Shown here piece by piece: positions 41,749 to 55,976 of a stretch of DNA of 64,000 nucleotides. The notes beneath the pieces are model-generated. The model made no database searches and had not been told where the DNA came from. It saw nothing but the letters and a program-made list of their open reading frames with translations. The stretch's first letter is position 1. The number at the start of each line of letters is the position of its first letter. Source of the stretch: Octopus vulgaris (Eukaryota); contig OX597837.1 of NCBI GenBank assembly GCA_951406725.2, positions 26,598,001-26,662,000 on the forward strand, written 5' to 3'. The translations under genes and the position numbers were made by a program.

Positions 41749-41913
41749 AGGCGCAGGAGTGGCTGTGTGGTAAGTAGCTTGTTTACCAACCACATGGTTC
41801 CAGGTTCAGTCACACTGCGTGGCACCTTGGGTAAGTGTCTTCTACTACTAGCCTCGGGCCGATCAAAGCCTTGTGAGTGGATTTGGTAGACGGAAACTGA
41901 AAGAAGCCTGTCG

Positions 41914-41952
<39 letters not shown>

Positions 41953-42171
41953 ATGTATTTGTGTGTCTGTGTTTGTCCCTCTAGCATTGCTTGACAACCG
42001 ATGCTGGTGTGTTTATGTCCCCGTTACTTAGCGGTTCGGCAAAAGAGACAGATAAAATAAGTACTGGACTTACAAAAGAATAAGTCCTGGGGTCGATTTG
42101 CTCGATTAAAGGCGGTGCTTCAGCATGGCCGCAGTCAAATGACTGAAACAAGTAAAAGAGTAAAAGAGAGT
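41749..42171 (+). mobile_element. SINE family B, full length
   Basis: Colinear with 10711-11136. Confidence 0.92.
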
Positions 42172-42632
42172 AACTGACGCTAACGGCTGATAACGCTAAA
42201 AATTGGTTTGACTTTCTAAGGGAATGGTAAATTAAAAATCAGAAGCATTACACCCTGAGGGGTAATTTGGTGAAGTCGCAGCATTCTTGGGGAAATCAAA
42301 TAAACGGTTATATAATATATGAGAGTGTGAGAGAAATATAGAATGACAAGTAGCTGGGGTTTTCGGGGTACAGCAGGTGATGGAGGTACTAAGGTGACGG
42401 GGGTTGTGGAGCTGCTGCTAGCAGAAAGAAGAGAAATTGAGCATGAAAGTGTAAAGTATACAGAGTAACCTAACGTAACATTACATCAGATTTCGGTAAT
42501 TCTTTCAGCATCGATACAGACATTACCAGCAGATCAGAGAGAATCATTTGGCGGCATTACTAAATATCGTATCGCTCTTGGAATATTCTTCCTCTTCAGT
42601 TATTCGATAGTCTTGTACTTTTATTACCATCA

Positions 42633-42684
<52 letters not shown>

Positions 42685-43032
42685 CCCCCCCTCTCTCTGT
42701 ATGTGTGTGTGTGTGTGTGTTTGCTTCGATTCTTAGATTCATTTTTCTTTCGCGTTACACACGCGAGGTGGAATGTGTATATAATTATAGAATTCTGGGT
42801 ACAACTAACTTTTGAAAAAACAAAAAAAAAAAAAAAAAAAAAGAAAGAAAGAAGGAAAGAAAAAAGAGAAGGAAAAAGCAGAGTTCGGTGTCATTGGGAA
42901 GTAAAAACATTTTTTCTGGATCTTTGGAAATTCAATGCGTTCCAACGATTAGTTGTTACATCACAGGAAGAAGTTCTCGAACTGACGATTCACGTACGAG
43001 AAGAAACTATTAGTTATTGTTGAAAATTATAT

Positions 43033-43156
<124 letters not shown>

Positions 43157-43164
43157 GGATAGAT

Positions 43165-43235
<71 letters not shown>

Positions 43236-43321
43236 GTTCAAATTTATAGAAAACAAAAGACAAAATGGCGGACTGTTGGCGCTTTTTCCTTATTTTTCGT
43301 TCTTTCTCTTTGGATTTTCGT

Positions 43322-43354
43322 GTTTCCGACGAAGACCTTTGCTGAAACTTTAAC
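43322..43354 (+). ncRNA. Decayed hammerhead-like motif (U4C core), same family as 18048
   Basis: GTTT-CCGACGA-A-..-GAAACTTT-AAC; flanks align to 17990-18186 (GAGCGTC, TTAAC(TA)n). Confidence 0.4.
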
Positions 43355-43481
43355 AACTCTTTCCTTTCACCGAGCGTCTAATGATTGTTTCTTGTGCACG
43401 GCCACACGTTCGATTTTTCTTTTTTTTTCTCTTTTACCCTGTTATATAATTGTTTGTTTATTTGAATTAACTATATATCTA

Positions 43482-43550
<69 letters not shown>

Positions 43551-44619
43551 AGAATAATCAGCCGAAATTGCGAGAATAATCTGGTTCTTAACTGAAGATA
43601 GAAAACTTCGAATGACCCGTCCTTGTTTTCTTTGTATCATCTATCTTGATGTTTTGTTGTCCCTTTTTGTATCACCGAGTTGTCGGAATGTTTTGCGTCC
43701 TTGTCCCATTTTGTATTATATATTAATATATATATATATAAGCAAGTATTCCGGCATGAAAGGAAGGCATGCAGAGCATATCTGTGTGATTTGAGTAATA
43801 TTTGGTAACCATTTTTAACAGGTCAAGTAGCTACATAAATGTTTCCACGTTAGTTCCTTCATCCTGTGGATATTGCTGTCGTTGTAGTCGTTGTTGTTGA
43901 TTTCTTTAGTCCGAGGCCAACTCTGATCCGGCAGCTTTGTGATCAAAAGCATTCCAGCCGTGACCACTTCGTCTTTTTCGCATGTGATTACATTGCTTCA
44001 TATGTCATTTATAAGACCCTGAGGTGTAATATGAGGATGGTTTTGCTGTTATTTCTAGCAGGTCGAACGATCACTCAGTGGGTTTCTTGTGTCGTTTTCG
44101 GGTAGATATCAGGCTGTCAGTACTTGATGGCTGTAAATTAAGGAGCAGTTGGCTGGGGAACATAAGGGGTGGTTTTACGGGTGGGCAAGAACGGATCAAA
44201 TTGGACAAAAGGGAATAAACAAATAAATAAATAAATAAATAAAGAGAAAATAATGGAAAGCAAATTTAGACTTTTTCCTGAAAACGGGTGAGAAAGGGGT
44301 GACTCTGTCGAGTGGCGGTGTGTGTGTATGTGAGCGTGCGTGTGTAATCTATCATATATTAAAGAGGGGAAACGTAATACGCGTGCAGGGTAGATTTGCC
44401 GTGTGCGTGTTTGTGTGTGTGCGTGTGTTTAAGTGTGTGCGAGAGTGCGTGTATGTCTGTCTGTCGTGTGCTACACGTGCGTACCACGTTTGTGTGTGTG
44501 TGTGAAAAGAAGAGCAAGAGAAGCAGCAAAAAATGATAGCAACAGCCATATATATATATATATATATATATGTAGGTCCCGTATGGTTGATTCGGGGTTA
44601 ACCACATATATATTAATTT

Positions 44620-44753
44620 ATATACTTTATTTAAAGCAGCAGAAAATTCAACAAAACCTGTTACTCTGAGTTTCACGTTGCCGTGATACACGCAACGTGA
44701 AACTCAGAGTAACAGGTTTTGTTGAATTTTCTGCTGCTTTAAATAAAGCATAT
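44620..44753. repeat. Fold-back inverted repeat (62-bp arms, 10-nt spacer) carrying the 3' part of a hammerhead motif
   Basis: Arms differ by 1 mismatch; the left arm on the minus strand reads ACG GCAA CGT-GAA-ACT CAG AGT-A-ACAGG. Confidence 0.88.
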
Positions 44754-44817
44754 TACTCTACCACTGGTATTTGAGTACTCTTTTTTCCACCTTATTTCAC
44801 ATTTATGTGTTTACTCC

Positions 44818-44873
<56 letters not shown>

Positions 44874-44978
44874 CATACATATATATATATATGTGTGTGT
44901 GTACACATGTAAATATGTATATGCATGTATATGTACGTAAATAAATGCACGCATATATATTCATATGTATCTTATATC

Positions 44979-45061
<83 letters not shown>

Positions 45062-45069
45062 AATATATA

Positions 45070-45505
45070 GACGTAAGAGTGGCTGTTTGGTAAGTAGCTT
45101 GGTAACCAACCACAAGGTTCCAGGTTCAGTCTCACTGCGTGGCAGCTTGTCTTCCACTATAACCTCGGGTCCCCCCAAAGCTTTGGAAACTGAAAGAAGC
45201 CTGTCGAATATATATGTGTGTCGTGTATATATATGTGCGTGTGTGTATGTGTGTGTGCGTGTGTGTGTGTGCGTGTGTGTGTGTGTGTGTGTGCGTGTGT
45301 GTGTGTGTGTGTATGTGTGTTTGTGTCCCAACGTCGCTTGACATCGATGCTGGTGTGTTTACATCCCCGTAACTTAGCGCTTCGGCAAAGGAGACTGATA
45401 GAATAAGTACTAAGCTTACAAAGAATAAGTCCTAGGTGGTCGATTTGCTCGACTAAAGGCGGTGCTCCAGCATGGTCACAGTCAAATGACTAAAGCGAAT
45501 AAACA
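45070..45505 (+). mobile_element. SINE family B, diverged with deletions
   Basis: GAGTGGCTGTTTGGTAAGTAGCTTG head and CGACTAAAGGCGGTGCTCCAGCATGG tail. Confidence 0.85.
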
Positions 45506-45671
45506 GAAAATACATACATACTTACATACATACATTCATACTTACATACATATAACTACGTATATATATATATATGTGGGGAGCTTTATGAAAATAAACA
45601 AAAGACGAAGGCAGGTGGAATACAAACAAACAATTGTATTAGTATGGCGCTCAGGAATATAAATAAAACAA

Positions 45672-45713
45672 GTATTTTACATTTCGAGCCTACGCTCTTC
45701 AGCAGAAAGATAC
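45672..45713 (-). ncRNA. Hammerhead-like motif, same family as 24669
   Basis: Minus strand: GTA-TC-TTT-CTGCTGA-A-GAGC GTAG GCTC-GAAA-TG-TA-AAA TAC. Confidence 0.5.
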
Positions 45714-46222
45714 ACAGAAAAGAAACACAGAAAGAAACAAGGAGGTGCATGTACACACCACACGCACAAGCGCACACGCTCTTACACACACACACACACA
45801 CGTATCTATCTATGTGTAATTTTGTGCATGCATGCAGAGAGTGAGTGAGAAAGAGAGAAAGAAAGAGTAAGAGAGAGAGAGCGAGAGAGAAAGAGAGAGT
45901 GTGAGAGAAAGGGAGAGAGTGATTAATGTTAGTCAACCATTGATAGACACCAAGTTGTCTGATGAGTGGAAACAATGGTAACGTCAAAAATAATTTACAA
46001 CAATTTACAAATTTGACACGTTTCTTTCTTTTTTATAATTTACTAACTTCATTTATCATTTATTTATTTATTTATTTATTTTGCTTATTTAATTATGTTT
46101 ATTTGATTTGTTTCCTTTTTATTTTTGTTTTGATTTTTATTTTCTTTGAATTTTTATTTTTATTTTTTTTCTCAATTTCCTTATTTACTGGTTGGTTTAT
46201 TTCAAGCAATAATTAAAGTTAG

Positions 46223-46289
<67 letters not shown>

Positions 46290-46293
46290 GAGA

Positions 46294-46353
<60 letters not shown>

Positions 46354-46540
46354 GGTATTGCCGGTGTGGTGGTCGTGGGTGGCTGGGACAGGGAGAGTCG
46401 TTATTGATGTCGTCAGCTCGTAACAATACATCAACTGGCAGACAATAGCGCATAATAAACGTCATCTCAAGAATATATATATATATATATATATATGTGT
46501 GTATATAGGTATGTATATATATATACATATATGTATATGC

Positions 46541-46640
<100 letters not shown>

Positions 46641-46969
46641 GTATATACTCTGTGTATGTGCGTGTGTCTCCGGTTTATTAATGAATATTATTAGGGCAGC
46701 AATGGACATTGGTCAGCTGGTGGCGGCGGTAGTGGCAGTGGTGGTAGTGGTGGCTGGCGGTGGTGATGCTGAAAGCGGTGGGACGGGCACAGAGCCACGT
46801 GAAATATCTTTATTCCATTTTCCATTCGGATTAAAATTAAATCAACGAAGCGTGTCCTTTTGTGGCCGGTGTTGCGGTTTAACATCCGCCAACAAAGCTC
46901 CTACTCCGATCGTACAAACCTATGAACAATGGCCTTCCACAAACACAGCGGCCATATCACCTTACGTAT

Positions 46970-47380
46970 TACTCTTTACTCTCTTTTACTTGTTTCAGTC
47001 ATTTGACTGCGGCCATGCTGGAGCACCGCCTTTAGTCGAGCAACTCGACCCCGGGACTTATTCTTTTTGTAAGCCCAGTACTTATTATATCGGTCTCTTT
47101 TTGCCGAACCGCTAAGTAACGGGGACGTAAACACACCAGCATCGGTTGTCAAGCAATACTAGAGGAACAAACACAGACACACAAACACACACACATACAT
47201 ATATTTATATACATATATACGACAGGCTTCTTTCAGTTTCCGTCTACCAAATCCACTCACAAGGCATTGGTCGGCCCGGGGCTATAGCAGAAGACACTTG
47301 CCCAAGATGTCACGCAGTGGGATTGAACCCGGAACCATGTGGTTGGTTAGCGAGCTACTTACCACACAGCCACTCCTGCC
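46970..47380 (-). mobile_element. SINE family B, near full length
   Basis: Colinear with the other copies. Confidence 0.9.
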
Positions 47381-47409
47381 ACTCCTGTATCGAGATTAAA
47401 AAAAAAAAA

Positions 47410-47690
47410 ACGATAAACGTCGCCCTTTTCAAGCCTAGCCAGGCTCATGGACCCGGTTTCCCGGTTTCTATGGCGTATGTGTTGCCCCCCCCCCCCCAGC
47501 TGGATGGGACCCCAGTCCATCGCGGCGTTACTCAAGAAACAGGAAGAGAGAGAGTGAGAGAAAGTTGTGGCGAAAGAGTACAACAGGGGTCGCCACCACC
47601 CCCTGCCGGAGCCTCGTGGAACTTTTAGGTGTTTTCGCTCAATAAACACACACAACGCCCGGTCTGGGAATCGAAACCGCGATCCTCCGA
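47410..47690 (-). mobile_element. SINE family A body with the tail of family D (tail type D)
   Basis: 47533-47690 matches family A; 47410-47532 matches 5843-5945. Confidence 0.8.
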
Positions 47691-47787
47691 CATGGGTTGA
47701 TTTGTACGATCAAGCCCTTTGAGGTGGTGCCCCCAGCATGGCCGTAGTCCAATGACTGACACAAGTGAAATAAGATATATATATATA

Positions 47788-48020
47788 TATTTCTTTACTA
47801 CCCACAAGGGGCTAAACACAGAGGAGACAAACAAAGACAGACAAACGGATTAAGTCGATTACATCGACCCCAGTGCGTAACTGGTACTTAATTTATCGAC
47901 CCCGGAAGGATGAAAGGCAAAGTCGACCTCGGCGGAATTTGAACTCAGAACGTAACGGCAGACGAAATACGGCAACGCATTTCGCCCGGCGTGCTAACGT
48001 TTCTGCCAGCTCGCCGCCTT
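47788..48020 (-). mobile_element. SINE family C, full-length monomer
   Basis: Minus strand AAGGCGGCGAGCTGGCAGAAACG..GAGTTCAAATTCC..GTAGTAAAGAAAT; AAGATATATAT-like TSD on both sides. Confidence 0.9.
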
Positions 48021-48023
48021 AAG

Positions 48024-48073
<50 letters not shown>

Positions 48074-48169
48074 AATCTGTGTTGCTTTACTGACTTTTGG
48101 CAAGTCCCCGTGCTGGAAGAAAGCATTAGTCTGGCAGTCTTTGGATTGTGAATTGCTGTTCAAATATAT

Positions 48170-48245
<76 letters not shown>

Positions 48246-48693
48246 TACACACAGATACACACACACATACACACACATACACACACATACACACACGTAC
48301 ACATACATACACATACACACACATATACACATACACACATACATACACACACACACATACACACACATACACACACATATACACCCACATACACACACAC
48401 ACACATACACACACACAAACGTGCTTAAGTACATATGTCAATGTGTCGTTCGGATGTGTGTGTGTGTGTGTGTGCTTGTGTGTGTGTGTGTGTATGTGTG
48501 TGTGCGTGTGTGTATGTTTGTGTGTATGTGTGTGTGTGTATGCGTGTAACTGTGTGCGTGTTGTGTTGTGTTCTCAGTATATGACATTGAAAATAACCAG
48601 ACGTGGTGGACCTGTCCAGGTGCTGCCTTCCATCACATTGACATAACATCAGTAACAGCAGAAACAACAACACCACAACCAGCAGCAGTGGCC

Positions 48694-48767
<74 letters not shown>

Positions 48768-49080
48768 CGTTGATGATGTGTAAACAGCTAAGTCAACTTG
48801 TACAATATGTGAAATAGTCGTTAAACTGTGAAACTCCGTCGAGATTGCAAGACTTTGGACAATTCCAGTTTAACGCTTCTCAACAGCTGGCATTGCAAAG
48901 GGCGGTGGGGCGGGGTGGGGGTGGGGGTGAGGGTGAAGGTGAGGGTGAGGTGGCGGGGGGCGGGATGGAAGGAAAAGAAGAAACAATGAGAGCGAAGAGG
49001 ATGGCTTTGGACGAAAAAATTCTTTGCTTGTTTATCAGTGATTTGACTTGTTTAACGGCATTACCACCACCACCACCACC

Positions 49081-49146
<66 letters not shown>

Positions 49147-49217
49147 GCTGCTTCTGCTACTGCTGCTACTGCTGCTACTGCTGCTGCTACTACTGCAGCT
49201 GCTGTTACTACTACTGT

Positions 49218-49274
<57 letters not shown>

Positions 49275-49399
49275 CGCTGTTGTTACTACTACTACTACTA
49301 CTGCTGCTACTACTACTACTACTACTACTACTACGATAACTATTGCTGTTGTTGTTACTACTACTACTACTACTACTACTACTGCTGCTGCTTCTGTTG

Positions 49400-49433
<34 letters not shown>

Positions 49434-49974
49434 GATAACTATTGCTGTTGTTGTTATTACTACTACTACTACTGTTATAACCACTGCTGTTGTTGTTACT
49501 ACTACTACTACTACTACTACTACAACCGCTACTGCTGCTGCTGTTGTTGTTGTTGTTGTTTTCCTCGTTGACGGTTCAGCCATTGGGTGTAGAATGTCTT
49601 CGCTTGTGACCAATTAGAGTCAACTGTCGTATCTCTTCCCAGATCTTGTTCGCTTCGTGTGTTCCAAGCCCTTTGTTTATACATACAACCTACCACGCTC
49701 TGTGTAAAGTAAGCGAGAAGGTAGGAGTCGGGGCGTGTGGCCAGGAGGGTGCGGGGGTTGCTGGGCTCATGGTCTTTTTTTTTTTTTTTATATACACCGC
49801 CACTCCTGCCATAACCACCACCACCACCCGCTTCCAAGTCACTACAAGAATGTTAGCACGATTAGATGTAAGGAACTCGGAAACTGCTCAGCATTTTTTT
49901 TTTTATTTTAAGGGAAACTTCAACATCATCATCAGTTGGGATGTAGCCGACATATTATATTTCGCACGCGAGGA

Positions 49975-50281
49975 GGTGGTGGTTGTGGTGAAGGTGGTGG
50001 TTATGGTGGTAGTTATGGTGGTGTTGTTGGTGGTGGGGGCAGTGGTGGTGGTGGTTGTGGTTATGGTGGTAGTTTTGGTTATGGTGGTGGTGGCGGTGGT
50101 CATGGTGGTGGTGGTGGCCATGGTGGTAATGGTGGTGGTGGTGGTGCTTATGGTGATGGTTATGGTGATGTTGTTGTTCGTGGTAGTGGTGGTGGTAGTT
50201 ATGGTGGTAGTTGTGGTTATGGTGGTGGTGGTGGTGGTCATGGTGGTGGTGTTAGTGGTGGTTATGGTGATGGTTATGGTG

Positions 50282-50313
<32 letters not shown>

Positions 50314-50407
50314 GGCTGTGGTTATGGTGGTAGTTGTGGTTATGGTGGTGGTGGTGGTGGTGGTGGTGGTGTTAGTGGTGGTTATGGTGATGGTTATGGT
50401 GTTGTTG

Positions 50408-50441
<34 letters not shown>

Positions 50442-50520
50442 CTGTGGTTATGGTGGTAGTTGTGGTTATGATGGTGGTCGTGGTGGTCGTGGTCGTCGTC
50501 GCGGTCGTGGTCGTGGTGGG
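49975..50520. repeat. Degenerate (GGT/GTT/TAT)n tract with ~100-120-bp higher-order repeats
   Basis: GTTAGTGGTGGTTATGGTGATGGTTATGGTGTTGTT block repeated at 50251 and 50371. Confidence 0.85.
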
Positions 50521-50639
50521 GAGTGTTGCCATAAATTTGTATTAGCGTCGTATGAGACTCGCTTTGTAACACTGAAGCAACATTTCCAACAGAGAAAAAC
50601 TCAGCAACCATGTTGCAAACAGGAAAATGAAAACATCGT

Positions 50640-50758
<119 letters not shown>

Positions 50759-50984
50759 GAGAGAGAGATGAAATTACAAGATGCAAGCTAACACTAATCT
50801 TTCTCCGTGGAACATCGGAAAATCCTATCAGACACATTAAGACAAAGACCTGTTTACTGAGAAGCTTGTACAAGGCTACTTGAGACGAAAAGAAAAAACA
50901 GTGTGTGTGAATGTATTTGAGGAATAAACCCCCATTAAAATCTTTCTACCCGAGGCTTAATGCCTCCCGTAAATATGCGGTGGG

Positions 50985-51160
50985 TGTGGAGGGACGAGTC
51001 GATTATCTCGGATCCCCGCTGTTCAACTGGTACTTATTTTATCGACCCCCAGAAGAATGAAAGGCAAATTCAACTTGGGTGGTATTTGAATTCAGAACGT
51101 AAGCCGGAAGAAATGCCACAAAGCATTTTATCCGGCGTGCTAACGATTCTGCCAATTTGC
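50985..51160 (-). mobile_element. SINE family C, diverged
   Basis: AACTGGTACTTATTTTATCGACCCC..TGAAAGGCAAA..CGGCGTGCTAACGATTCTGCCA. Confidence 0.75.
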
Positions 51161-51646
51161 TGTCATAGAAATCCCAGTAAATAATTTGTTTTGGGGTTCT
51201 GACGAGTTCGAAGGTTATCGCCAGGAGCAAGATGCCCTCACCTCGTTGCCTTCCTCATAAGTGGGAACCCGTGGTGTTGCTTGACTTGCGAGTAATAGCA
51301 GCCAAATGCTCTTCAAATTACATCTCACTTTCTTAAGAATTTAAGACACGCTAGGTGTAGCTTAATCCTTGGTATATTATGCCCCAAACGGTTTCACTTT
51401 TGCTCGTATGTACGCAGTCAGAATTAATCCTACAATTCGGCGTAGAAGAACCGGAAACGGTTTTTGCATCGTTTTCGTCTTCGTAACACTAAAGCAGTTG
51501 AATAAAAGAAAAAAAAAAAAAAAAAAAGAAACACAAAAAAGGAGCCACTGTGTAGTCACTGGACATGCTAAAAGTAATAGCAAAATCACTCTAGAACAAT
51601 ACCTAGCGTCTTATGAAATAGAGTTCATTAAATAATGTAATCTTAT

Positions 51647-52060
51647 ACTCTCTCTTTACTTGTTTTCAGTCATTTGACTGTGGCCATGATGGAGCACCGC
51701 CTTTTAGTCGAGCAAATCGACCCCCCCAGGACTTATTCTTTGTTAGCCTAGTACTTATTCTGTCGGTCTCTTTTGCTGAACCGCTAAGTTACGGGGACGT
51801 AAACACACCAGCATCGGTTGTCAAGCGATGATGGGGGGGGGGGCAAACACAGACACACAAACATATACACACACACATACATATATATACATATATACGA
51901 CGGGCTTCTTTCAGTTTCCGTCTACCAAATCCACTCACAAGGCTTTGGTCGGTTCGAGGCTATAGTAGAAGACACTTGCCCAAGGTGCCACGCAGTGGGA
52001 ATGAACCCGAAACCATGTGGTTGGTAAGCAAGCTACTTACCACACAGCCACTCCTGCGCC
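51647..52060 (-). mobile_element. SINE family B, full length
   Basis: Colinear with the other copies. Confidence 0.92.
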
Positions 52061-52751
52061 TATATATGCATTATGGTTGAAATAAAACTGGATAGCCACG
52101 GCTTGTGCGGGCCGATCTGGAGCTACACAACAAATAAGAAATGAAAGGCTTGCAACGAATTTGAACTCGCAACTAACGGCTTAAAACGAGCACCAGTCGA
52201 ACCCTATCGCCATGGTGGCACGGGTCGCGAGGAGAAGGGGGCATAAACGGCCACTCTAATTAAAATTAGCACCAAAGTTGTTTTTGTTGTTGTTGTTTAA
52301 CCCCAGGTCAGCTCTGACTGGGCAGACAGACAGACGTGTTCCTGCCATGATCATTCTGTGACTGTTTCCACACAAGTCTGCCAAAGACTATTCCATCCAG
52401 CAAAAGGCTTTCTAGTTTTATAAAAACGATGGCGGATGTGTGTGTGTGTGTGTGTTGGGGTGCGATTTGAGGGAGAATCGGCTGCTATTTTTAGCATGTC
52501 GATCAAACAGCTTTGAGCCTCTTCCTCCGCCTCTTGTTCATGTTCCAGCTTCGACTGCTCCTCTTCCCCCCACCTCTTTAGTTAACTCATAGTTGAAGTG
52601 TGAGGTAATAATACAACTAAAGCCTATCCTTTCAGCAGATAACAAGAATTGGTTTAATATGGACGGTGGTGGAGAAGAGAAGAGGAGGAGGAGGTTGTAA
52701 TGATAACAGTTTTAGGAGATTAAATTGGACAAAGGAACTGTAACCCCGCCT

Positions 52752-52794
<43 letters not shown>

Positions 52795-52986
52795 CTTTTT
52801 GTCTCACTCCCCCCTCGCTCTGTTACTTTACAGCCACACTCTTTCCCCACTCTCTCTCCTTCTTTTTCACTCCAACCCCCTCTCTCTCACTCTTTTCCCC
52901 CTCCTATTCTCTTCAGCATCTCTCTCTCTCTCTACCTATGGATATATCTATATCTATGCCTCTGTGTGTGTGTATATATATATATG

Positions 52987-53035
<49 letters not shown>

Positions 53036-53064
53036 GTATATGTATATATATATATGTATATATA

Positions 53065-53106
<42 letters not shown>

Positions 53107-53473
53107 CATATGTATGTTCATATAAACATATATATATAAATGTTTGTAGGTGTGTATGTGTATATACATACATATGTGCATACATACATAAATATGGATT
53201 TATTGTACGTGCGTATGTATTTCAGGGTGTGTGTATGGTTGTGTGTTAGCAGCGGCGAGTGTATGTATGTGTGTGTGTGTGTGTGTGTGTTGCGTACGCA
53301 CAAGAAAAAAAGAAAGAGAGAAAGAAAGAAAGAAAGAGAAAGAAAAAGGAAAGAGAGTGGTTAAGAGAGAGAGAGGGTGTGTGTAGTTACATGTTTATGC
53401 GAATGCATGTATATATGTATGTACGTGGTCTTGCATTTTTTAATGTATATATGTGTGTAAGTGTGTGTTTATG

Positions 53474-53530
<57 letters not shown>

Positions 53531-53960
53531 ATGTGTGTGTGTGTGTGAATGCGTATACATGTACGAGAAGCGTGTGTATGGAAGCGCTTGACGTCACAAG
53601 TCAGACAGAAATTCTTCCAAAGAACTAGACACCGCATCGCTGCAAAGAGTACTTCTTCCAATAAAACTCGAACTAACAACCAAACACTTCAGCAATTTTT
53701 TTTTTTTTTTTTTACATCCAGGAAGAACACCGGAGTGGAACTGAAGCTTCGGTATTGACCCCCCCCCCGGCCGCCCCGCCACGGTAATTTGGTCTTTCAT
53801 TGGTAATGCAAATGGTAATACAAAAGACTTAACACGGAAGTACGAAGACATACAAAACAAAAAGAGAACCAGCAAAAAAAACTCGATACAAAAAATTTTA
53901 AATATCTTAGAGATTAGTCATAATATTTAGTTGCACATGTTTAAAATGAAGCATATTTTT

Positions 53961-54026
<66 letters not shown>

Positions 54027-54052
54027 GCACGCACGCACATACCACACACACG

Positions 54053-54635
54053 TACTCTTTTACTCTTTTACTTGTTTCAGTCATTTGACTGCGGCCATGC
54101 TGGAGTACCGCCTTTAGTCGAGCAAATCGACCCCCCCAGGACTTATTCTTTGTAAGCCTAGTACTTATTCTATCGGTCTCTTTTGCCGAACCACTAAGTT
54201 ACGGAGACGTAAACACACCAGCATCGGTTGTCAAGCGATGTTGGAGGGACAAACACAGACACACAAACTCACACACACACACACATATATATATATATAC
54301 ATATATACGACGGGCTTCTTTCAGTTTCCGACTACCAAATCCACTCACAAGGCTTTGGTCGGCCCGAGGCTATAGTAGAAGACACTTGCCCAAGGTGCCA
54401 CGCAGTGGGACTGAACCCGAACCATGTGGTTGGTAAGCAAGCTACTTACCACACAGCCACTCATACATATATAAATATATGCGTGGTTGTGTGGTAATAA
54501 GCTTGCTTCCCAACTGCAGTGTTCTGGGTTCAGTCCCACTGCGTGGTACCCTGGGCAAGCGTTTTCTATTATTGACTCGGGCCAACCGAAACCTTGTGAG
54601 TGGATTTGGTAGACGGAAACTGAAAGAAGCTTGCC

Positions 54636-54687
<52 letters not shown>

Positions 54688-54740
54688 GTGTGTGTGTGAC
54701 CACTGTTGACAACCGGTGTAGGTGTGTTTATGTCTGCGTA
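54053..54740. mobile_element. Head-to-head pair of SINE family B copies (-, 54053-54461; +, 54481-54740)
   Basis: Both heads are recognisable and about 20 bp apart; the second copy is older and 3'-truncated. Confidence 0.85.
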
Positions 54741-54779
54741 ACACAGAATTTGACAAGGCAAGGCTCTTTGAATTACAGG

Positions 54780-54897
54780 TAGAACTCATTTTTGCCAGGT
54801 GTGTGGACTGGTGCAAGGTAAAATAAAGTGTCTTCACGGTGATCGAACTTACGACCTTAGTATCGTGAGCCGAATACCCTAACCACTAAGCCACGCA
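54780..54897 (-). mobile_element. SINE family D-like head and central domain
   Basis: ACTCATTTTTGCCAG..GTGGACTGG..CCCTAACCACTAAGCCAC matches 5942-6078. Confidence 0.65.
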
Positions 54898-55502
54898 TCT
54901 TCCACACAACCACTGCTACCACTACCATCACATCCACCACACCCAAAACCACCACCTGCACTATCATCATCACAAACAGCAACATCAGCGTCTATCCACC
55001 ACCACCGCCACTGCCGCCGCCACCACCACCACCACCACCACCACCACCACCGCAACCACCACCACCACCACCACCACCATATTGTTATAGTTCCAGCTAC
55101 CATCATTCCGTTACTCATTCTTGTTAAGCGACTCTCTTTGAGGATCGTCCAAGAGAATAAAAACTCGGAGTGACGATGCTGTAAATACTGCAACTATATA
55201 TAACTAAATATGTCACGTCTTTACTTTAGCAAAGGTACAGAGTTCGTTATATGTGTGTGTGTGTGAGTACATATATATGTGTGTGTAAATGCATATGTGT
55301 GTGTGTGCGTGGGTGTGTGTACACACAGAAAGTGGGTGAGAGAGAAAGAGAGAGAGGGAGAGTGAGAGAGAGAGACAAAGAGCAGGTGAGACACACATAC
55401 ACATAGGCATATTATGTAGGGTCCACAGCATCTTCTTCCCCTTTTGCCTCTTCTTCCTCTTTTTCCTCTTCTTCCTCTTTTTCCACTTTTTCCACTTTTT
55501 CC

Positions 55503-55533
<31 letters not shown>

Positions 55534-55976
55534 CTTCTTCTTCTTCTTCTTCTTCTTCCACTTCTTCTTCTTCTTCTTCTCCTTCTCCTTCTCCTTGTTG
55601 TTGTTGTTGTGCTTCTTCTTCTTCTTCTTCTTCTTCTTCTTCTTCTTCTTCTTCTTCTTCTTCTTCTTCTTCTTCTACTTCTTCCTCTTCCTCCTCCCTT
55701 CACCCATTCCTCCTCCTCCTCCTTTCTTGAAAGTCGTTTTTAAGCAATCAGATCGGTGTCTTGGAGACGACAGACAAATTATTCTCCCCATTTCTAATGC
55801 CTCTGTTCTTTCTTTCTTTCTTTCTTTCTTTCTTGCCATTTTTTAGTCGATTCCTTTGTAATTCCTCGGCTTCCTTTTTTCTCAAAAGAAACCTTTGCCT
55901 TTCCAATTGCCTGTTTTTATCTTATCTGAACAGGGACCAACTCGATGTAAGGCCGACGTTAGTTTTATTTGTTTAA

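Noticed and set aside
45955-45985. CTGATGA-GTG-GAAAC-AATG-GTA hammerhead-like string
   Set aside because: No helix II is possible in 3 nt and helix I is only 2-3 bp; likely chance.
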